Shown: in pieces, positions 23,732 to 32,000 of the stretch | Layout: each line of letters begins with the position of its first letter | How positions within the stretch are numbered: position 1 is the stretch's first letter | Source of the DNA: Mesoplasma florum L1 | GTDB taxonomy: Bacteria; Bacillota_I; Bacilli_A; Mycoplasmatales; Mycoplasmataceae | Direction: 5' to 3' | Assembly (NCBI RefSeq): GCF_000008305.1 | Contig: NC_006055.1 | Span: forward strand, 480,001-512,000 | DNA length: 32,000 bases | Notes under the pieces: generated by a model | The model's input: only the letters and a program-made list of their open reading frames with translations | What the model was told of the DNA's origin: nothing | Database searches by the model: none | Program-made: the position numbers and the translations under genes

Positions 23732-26700
23732 TTAATTCTCATCTTTCTTTTTCTTTTTAATAAATATAGCTGCTATAGCAATTGCAACTATATTAAGTGC
23801 TGCTAGAATTCATAGTAATATACTTATTGTATTATTTCTTGTATTAATAGTAGTATTGTTTTTAATGAAGTCAAAGTTAGCTTGACCAATATACATTTTT
23901 GAATTATCTATTGGTTTAATAACTACTTTTGCACTATCTCCATCAATTACTACTTCTGTAATAACTTGATTTCATACAATATCGCTATTTTGTTCTTTAA
24001 TTATAGAAATTATTCCTGCTTCATTAAACTTATTTTTTGGAATTGAGTCAATAGAAACATTTATTATTAAATTTAAATCTTGTATTGGAGAAACCTTAAC
24101 TTCTAATTTACCAGAATACAAACTTGTTTCTTCTTTACCTTCAACAATTAAATTTCCACTTTCGTTTTTACTTATTTTTGTTTCTGATCAATTAATAACA
24201 GTATTTTGGTATTGTAATTTTAATGCATCTTCAAGTTTATTAATATTATCTATATCCTCTTGATTAACAAAAATACCATCTTTAAATTCTGCTTTATGCT
24301 CAGCTATATCGTATTGTAAATAGTATTTAGCATCAATTGAACCTTTATAATTTTCAGAATCATCATTTGCTACAATTTTAAAGTTAAATCTATCAATTAG
24401 TTCAATATGTAAATCTTCATATTTAATATCAGAATTTTTAATTTCTGCTTTTGACTGTTCCATTATTTGATTTTTTAAATTGATTATCAATTCTTCATTA
24501 GTATTACCATCAATATTTCATGCATCAACTTTTTTAATGTCTAAAGGTTTTATATTCAATGTTGATAAATCTTTTCTTGCTGGTTTTACATCAACCTCTA
24601 TAAATTGATTGTCTTGGGTTACTCCAACAAAGTCAGATCCAATTATTTCAGACTTTAAAGATGTTATTTTATATTTTAATGAATAAGAACTAACACGTTC
24701 AAATGATATATAAGACGAATCAACATTAGTTCAATGTTTTTGATTTTGTAAATAACTCATAATATCATAAGTATTCGTATCCTCATAAAAAATAAAGTCC
24801 TTAAATAAATCAGTTTCATTAAGATTCAATATTTTTGGAACATTAATTTCTTTATTATTTTGAAGAAGTTTTGAATCATCTGTTGCGGTTAAAGTAATTT
24901 TACCTTCTTTTTCTAATGTTGAATTATTGATTTTAAAGTTAAAATCTTGCTCTGTAACACTACTTAATCCTGTTATTAATTTTAATCTTCTTAATATTTC
25001 ATTTTTGTCAGTTAAATTTGATGAATCAGCAATTTTAAAGTCTTTTAAATTATATTTCAATTGCTCAATTGTGAATGTATTAAAATTGCTAACATTAATT
25101 GATACCGGTTTAGCTTTTACAACTATGTACCCTTCTTCTCCAACTTTTGCACTTTTTACTCTTTCAATATCAATATCATCAGCATTGATTTCAACTTTAA
25201 CAATTGGTTGATTAAGGTTCTCTTTAATTAATTCATTTATTGTTTGAATAATTTCTGCGTCAGAAGTTGTATTAGAAAGTGGTTTTTTGTTAAAATCTAA
25301 TTTTGATAAATCAATTGCATTAGTTGCAGGTAGAATAATAGTTTGTTCACCTTTTATTTGCAAAGCTGATTCTTTTGCTTTTACAGATATTGATCCGTTC
25401 TTACCAATGGCTGGATTAGCTATTTTTAATTCTTCTAACTGATTTTCTACTAGATCAGTTGTTAATTGACTTTTACCATTTATAGATTGAGCTACTATTG
25501 TGTTTACAATTTTGGTTCTATCAGTATCTTCATTAGTAAATTTAGTTTTTGAAATATCATAAACTAAATGAGGTATTAAAATTTTTTGTTGATTCATAAC
25601 AAGCTTAGAAGATGGATTAGCTTCTATTTGTATTTCACCATCTTTTTCATATGTTGATGGTTGAATTTTTATTGTTACATCTTCATTTGTTATTTTTGTT
25701 TCTGTAACTTTTGATAATGAAGCCAAAATTTCGGTATCTTTTATTTCATTTGATGGATTGATTTTACCTTCAATTGAATTTTCTGCATTAGCTAAATCAA
25801 TTTTGGCGCTATCGGTTGGTCTCAATTTAAGAATTGAAGTAATGACATTATTAGGTTGTTTTTCTTCATCAAAAAATTGAACATATAAATCATACCCTTC
25901 TCTATCATGTTCATCAGGTGTTTTTATTTCTCAATATTGTTCATCATCAGAAATTTTATTATAAATAACACCATTCTCAACTGGTGTTTCAGTTCCTTCA
26001 TGAACTAATAAAACTTTTGTTATATATGATTTAGCTGTTAATTTTAATAAATTATTAGATTTTGTGACATCATTTCAAATATAAACTTCACCTTTTGATC
26101 CTAAACTTCAATCTAATGAATTTGCTCCTATTAAATTAGATGATCTAAGAGTTTCTTGAAATTTATCGTTAAACACTCTATTAACTTGAGCTCTATCTGT
26201 TGTTGGTTTGTTTTTGGCAGTCACAGTTTTATATGTTTCATCTGCTTGGTACATAACACCATAATCAAACATACCACTATATCTTGGCAAACCGTCCTCA
26301 TATCGAACTGTTAAATTAGGGTTCAATTTAGTACCATCAATAATATACTTTGATGCAGAATATGAGTTCGATTTAACAATAGTTTTTGAATCATAGATAA
26401 CATATTTAGTTATTCGGTTAACTCATTGAACATCTCTGATATATCCATCTCCATCACTAGGATATGAAACTTCATCATTGCTTCTATCAATATATAAAGT
26501 TTTAGCAGTCTTTTTAATTTCACCTGATTCATGAGCTTCAAAATTAGTATTTTTACTTTCTGATAAACCTATATACATGCCTTCTGTATCAACAAAAATA
26601 TTATAGGCTTGTAATTGTTTATATTTTTCAATATTTGCTATAACTTCAACTTGATTTTCTGTTTTTTCTTCTCTATAAATAGAAACCTCTCCATCAACCA

Positions 26701-27511
26701 TAAAATATGTATTACTTGAATTATCTTCAATAGATACAATTGGATAATTTCCATAATTACTTGTTCCAGATGCTAAAGTAATTTCTTCTGATTTATTGAT
26801 GTAAATTTTATTAATTTGTCAATCTTTTCCATTATCATCTAACGTAGAATAAATTAAAGAATTATCAAATGAATTATATTTTACACTTTTAATAGATCTA
26901 TTGTAAACTTCAAGTTGAACTTGTTCAGATCCTGTTATTGGTTTTGGTTTAGGCGCAGATGGAAGTAAAAGTTGCCCAACTCCGCCAAGTATTCCACCAA
27001 CTCCACCAAGTATTCCACCAACTCCACCAATTATGCCACCAAGTCCACCAACTAAACCATAATTACTTGGTTGATCATTTAATCATTCAAATTTATATAT
27101 TTTAGAGTCATCAAAATAATAAGATATTTTATCATCTCCATAGAATATTGTTTTTCCTGAAACATCAAGTGGTGTTGTATTCTTATTAGTGCCTGCTTTG
27201 TAGACGTAGGCAACTTCTTTTGTTGGACCACTCATTTGTGAGTTCATTTTAGTTTTTGATAAACCTTGTACTTTTACTTTCTTATTATTTGGATCTGTAT
27301 AATTTCCTGTTCATGTAGTAATGCCATCTTTTTGATCAAAATAGGATTGTCTTACTTTTGTGCCAAATGTTAAAGCTGCTCTATTCATTGCCTCATACTC
27401 TAATATTTCATAATTTTTATTTGAATTGATTGAAAAATTAGCCAATTCAACAATATTAAATGAACCTTGACCAATAGTCAAAGCCGTTAAAAATGATAAT
27501 AAAAACTTCAT
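23732..27511 (-). CDS. Very large surface-anchored protein (1260 aa) with tandem diverged ~80-aa repeats and a Gly-rich hydrophobic segment
   Basis: N-terminal hydrophobic MKFLLSFLTALTIGQGSFNIVELANFSI; repeated units of the form ...KEGKI/GEIxVxAxxxSxxLxxxxxxIxxP; C-terminal TM anchor ISILLWILAALNIVAIAIAAIFIKKKKDEN; all track fragments in this span join through TGA(Trp). Confidence 0.85.
26976..27059 (-). repeat. Four tandem copies of a 21-bp in-frame unit coding Gly/hydrophobic heptapeptides
   Basis: Plus strand units ccaactccgccaagtattcca / ccaactccaccaagtattcca / ccaactccaccaattatgcca / ccaagtccaccaactaaacca; protein VGGLGGIIGGVGGILGGVGGILGGVG. Confidence 0.9.
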
Positions 27512-27601
27512 TTGTTTGTCCCCTTATAGTATGTTTAATTTAATTTAAAATATTTTAACAATTAAAATTAATAAAGTCAAATATATATATTTGTAACAAA
27601 A

Positions 27602-27620
27602 CAAAAAACCCGTAAGGGTT

Positions 27621-27622
<2 letters not shown>
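27602..27622 (-). terminator. Terminator overlapping the stop of GH1 copy 2
   Basis: AAAACCC-GTAA-GGGTTTT with U-run on the minus transcript. Confidence 0.8.
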
Positions 27623-29046
<1,424 letters not shown>

Positions 29047-29063
<17 letters not shown>

Positions 29064-30591
29064 TTTTATTACCTTTAAATTTAAATATACTTTTTTGTTT
29101 TAATTCAGGAGTAAATCCGTATTCATCAAAAAGTATTTTATTTGTTCTTTCTTTAAAATATTTAACTTGACTTAAAACTATTGTCATAAATATTGTTATT
29201 GATATTCCCAAAATTACACTTAGTGTTCCTCAAACAATTGAACCACCAGCTCATTGTTCTACATTTATGCCTTGTGGTATAGTTGAAGCAAAACCGATTA
29301 TTCCTAAAATACCAAAAGGTGCTGCATTTGTTCAAACTCCAGCTGAAGTATACAATAAGCATCCAAAATATGTTCCTATAGCAGAAGCTATTAAAGGGAA
29401 AAGATATTTTAAAGAAATTGAATAAATAGCAGGCTCAGTTACTCCTGCGATAAATGCAGAAATACCATTAGAATATGCAATATTTTTTACTTCTTTACAG
29501 TTTTTGTTTAATCTTCCAAATGTTAAACAACCTACAGCTAAACAAATGTTAGAAATGATCATTAACCCCATTATAAAACTACCGTTAAATTTTAATATAT
29601 CTTGCATTAATATAGGTGTTATTGTTCTATGTAATCCAAATACTACCATTGGTGCATATAGCATTCCTATTAATGGTGAGAATATATATTTTGTTATATT
29701 ATGTGTCATTAAAAAGTTAAATGATATAGACATATAATTTGTTATTATTAATCCTGCTGGAGCAATTGTAAACATAGTTACAATAACTGTTCCAGCAATA
29801 ACAACCATTGGTTGAATAAGCATTCTAGCTCCACCTAAATTAACTTTATTCATCCCTCTTTCAATGAAAACTCCTAGTAAACCAACAAAAATCATCGGTA
29901 TTACTAAACCTTCAAATGAAACTTTTCATGGGAAAACAGCGTTTCCAAATATTTTTCAACCATGTTCATTCATTGCTTGTATTATTGTTTTACCACCATC
30001 AAGATCAAGTGCTGAAAGAGGTGTTAACATTGGACTAATAAGAATTGCGCCAATTGCTAAACCTATAATTGGTGTCCCTCCCATTACTCTAAATGTACTT
30101 CAACAAACTGCCATAACAATAAATCAACTTAATCCTTTTGAAATTAATTCCATAAAACTATTAATTTCAATTAATGTTGGAATTTCTGTTGAATTAGAAG
30201 ATAAGAAGAAAGGCGTTCTTACCATTTCTCACATTCCGTATACAACAAGCAAAATCATTATTGGGCTAAAAATTGATGAAACAAACATAATAAAAGTCAT
30301 TTTTTGTTTTTTAGTTTTTAACTCATCATTTGCGTTTTCATTTATTCCAGTTGTTTTTAAAAACATTTTATAAAAACTTTCAATTTCTGTTCCTATAACA
30401 ACTTGATATTCACCACCAACAATTAAAACACCTTTACATCATTTTTGCTTTTTGATTTCCTCAGTGTTAGCTTTTGTAATATCTACAAGTTTAAATCTCA
30501 TTCTAGAAATACAGTGACTTATTTTTTCAATATTTTCAGATCCACCAACATTTTCTAAAAGAAATACAATATTTTCTTTTGTAAATTTCAT
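29047..30591 (-). CDS. PTS beta-glucoside-type transporter, EIIBC, copy 2
   Basis: MKFTKENIVFLLENVGGSENIEKVSHCISRMRFKLVDITKANTEEIKKQ (IIB, phospho-Cys); IIC: APMVVFGLHRTITPI, GVTEPAIYSISLKYLFPLIA; ends in FTPELKQKSIFKFKG.., no IIA. The 3' boundary near the GH1 start is approximate. Confidence 0.92.
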
Positions 30592-30650
30592 AAAATTCTC
30601 CTTTGTATATATTTCAACTCATTTTTTATAAAAATGCTAAAGTAAAATAA

Positions 30651-30691
30651 AATACTAAACTAGTTTGTTTTCTAAAAACTAGTTTAGTATT
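30651..30691 (-). terminator. Strong stem-loop terminator between rpiR copy 2 and the second PTS gene
   Basis: AATACTAAACTAGTTT-(9 nt)-AAACTAGTTTAGTATT, 16-bp perfect stem followed on the minus strand by TTATTTTACTTT; the rpiR stop (30684-30686) lies inside the stem. Confidence 0.85.
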
Positions 30692-31436
30692 CTGTTGTCA
30701 TTAATAATTCCTCTAATAATTTAAATAAGTTTATTAATCAAAAATTTCTGTCAACATAATTTCTTTGACAAAGCTTATTATCAAAATACATAGCTTTAGT
30801 ATTATCATCATCAAATTTTCAGTTCGTTGAACAAATTATATAAACTTTAGAACCAATACTTGTTAAGTATTCATAAATTAATTTTAAACTTCCATTATCT
30901 CTTCCGGTTAAAATCAATAAAACAAGTTTCTTTTCTCATTCTATTTTTTTCAATTTATTTAAATCTTTTTCTAAATTAAAAATATTGGCTTGATAATCAT
31001 GTTTTTCTAAAACATCAATCAAAAAAGTTGATGCATATTGTGTTTGAAAACTTGGAAATAAAAATACTTCTTCTTTTTTCTTTATATCATTAGCAAACTC
31101 TATTAAAAAATCATAATTTTCTGAAATTCATTTTTCAAATGAAACATAATATTCTCTAACAGTTAAGTGTTTCGAGTAATTTGCATTTTTTTCTGTGAAA
31201 TTATTTTCATATTCAATTTTCAATCTAACTTGCAACTCACGAAATCCTGTGCATTCAGCTATTTTAGCAAATTGTGTAATTGTTGATTTACTTACAAAAC
31301 ATTTTTTAGCTAACTCATCTTGTGTTCTAAATAAACCTTTTGAAAAATCTTTAAGTATTTGTTGAGCAATTTGTTTAAAAGTTGTCTCTCTATTATCTCT
31401 ACTTAAATTGTCAACTTTTTTGTATATTGAATTCAT
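30684..31436 (-). CDS. RpiR/MurR-family transcriptional regulator, copy 2
   Basis: ILKDFSKGLFRTQDELAKKCFVSKSTITQFAKIAECTGFRELQVRLKIEYE (HTH); SIS-like tail; adjacent to PTS/GH1; 251 codons under code 4. Confidence 0.8.
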
Positions 31437-31457
31437 TTATCAATTTTCCCTTACTAA

Positions 31458-31925
31458 TTATTCTTCAATTAAATCTTTTACTTTCACTTTATTAATATAA
31501 TTACTTACATAAAATTTGAATTCTTCTTCATCCATAGAATCTTTCATTTTCATATTTGCATTACATATATTTCTACCTGAATATAGAATATTTAAAATAG
31601 CTATTATAGTTAAGAAGACTCAAACTCCATACATTCCTCAACCAATATATAAATCTAAATTATGAATAGGAAATACATCACCAACAATAATAGGAGTTAA
31701 GTTTAATTGAATCATCATGAAAAAGATTCCAAACATTAATGAAATAAATAAAGCTCAGTTTAATTTTATATAGCGATCTTTTCTTTCATTCTTTACATAT
31801 TCTAAATAAATAGTTTGTTTTTCAGTTAAATTTTTCATTTTTCAATGGCGATTAAGACTTGAAAATATTAATAAAATTACTCAAATAATAAAAACGGCTA
31901 TAATTGTTCATAAAAATGAAAACAT
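31458..31925 (-). CDS. Hypothetical membrane protein
   Basis: MFSFLWTIIAVFIIWVILLIFSSLNRHWKMKNLTEKQTIYLEYVKNERKDRYIKLNWALFISLMFGIFFMMIQLNLTPIIVGD...; 3-4 TM helices. An in-frame GTG at 31973 could extend it with an extra hydrophobic stretch (IYILLASGLSTWGAN). Confidence 0.75.
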
Positions 31926-32000
31926 ATTTGCCCCTCATGTTGATAAACCTGATGCTAATAAGATATAAATCACCTCTTAAGTATGATTATACAATTTAAA

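Noticed and set aside
26976-27059. 21-bp tandem repeat considered as CRISPR-like array
   Set aside because: Units are directly adjacent with no spacers, in frame inside a CDS, and encode a regular peptide repeat.
23732-27511. Apparent pseudogene / multiple truncated ORFs in the large surface gene, and similarly split ORFs elsewhere
   Set aside because: All internal breaks checked are TGA codons in one frame, so the genes are intact in genetic code 4.
29504-30373. Plus-strand ORFs 29504..29737 and 29864..30373
   Set aside because: Antisense to the well-supported PTS EIIBC coding sequence.

Overview
Low-GC Mollicutes DNA, most likely Entomoplasmataceae/Mesoplasma-like. TGA must be read as Trp (genetic code 4); with that reading the fragments in the supplied ORF track merge into about 20 intact genes. 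Content in window order, on the minus strand unless noted: a partial hypothetical; a small membrane protein; mnmA; an NCS2 purine permease preceded by a purine riboswitch and terminator; the chaperone block dnaJ<-dnaK<-grpE<-hrcA<-clpB with two CIRCE-like operators; thyA; ruvB/ruvA; two tandem ABC exporters; an RpiR-family regulator; a plus-strand GH1 beta-glucosidase + PTS EIIBC pair; a DUF2130-like protein; an unusual two-gene unit (1260-aa surface protein coupled to a membrane-anchored HU-family protein); a second GH1 + PTS EIIBC + RpiR module; and a membrane hypothetical. No tRNA, rRNA, IS element or CRISPR array was seen. The best second-look items are the TM-HU fusion with its surface-protein partner, the U74-type purine riboswitch with a shortened L3 loop, the DUF2130-like putative nuclease with a GC-rich structured region upstream, and a paired palindromic repeat in the divergent rpiR/GH1 promoter. 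I did not find a system I can confidently call previously undescribed.
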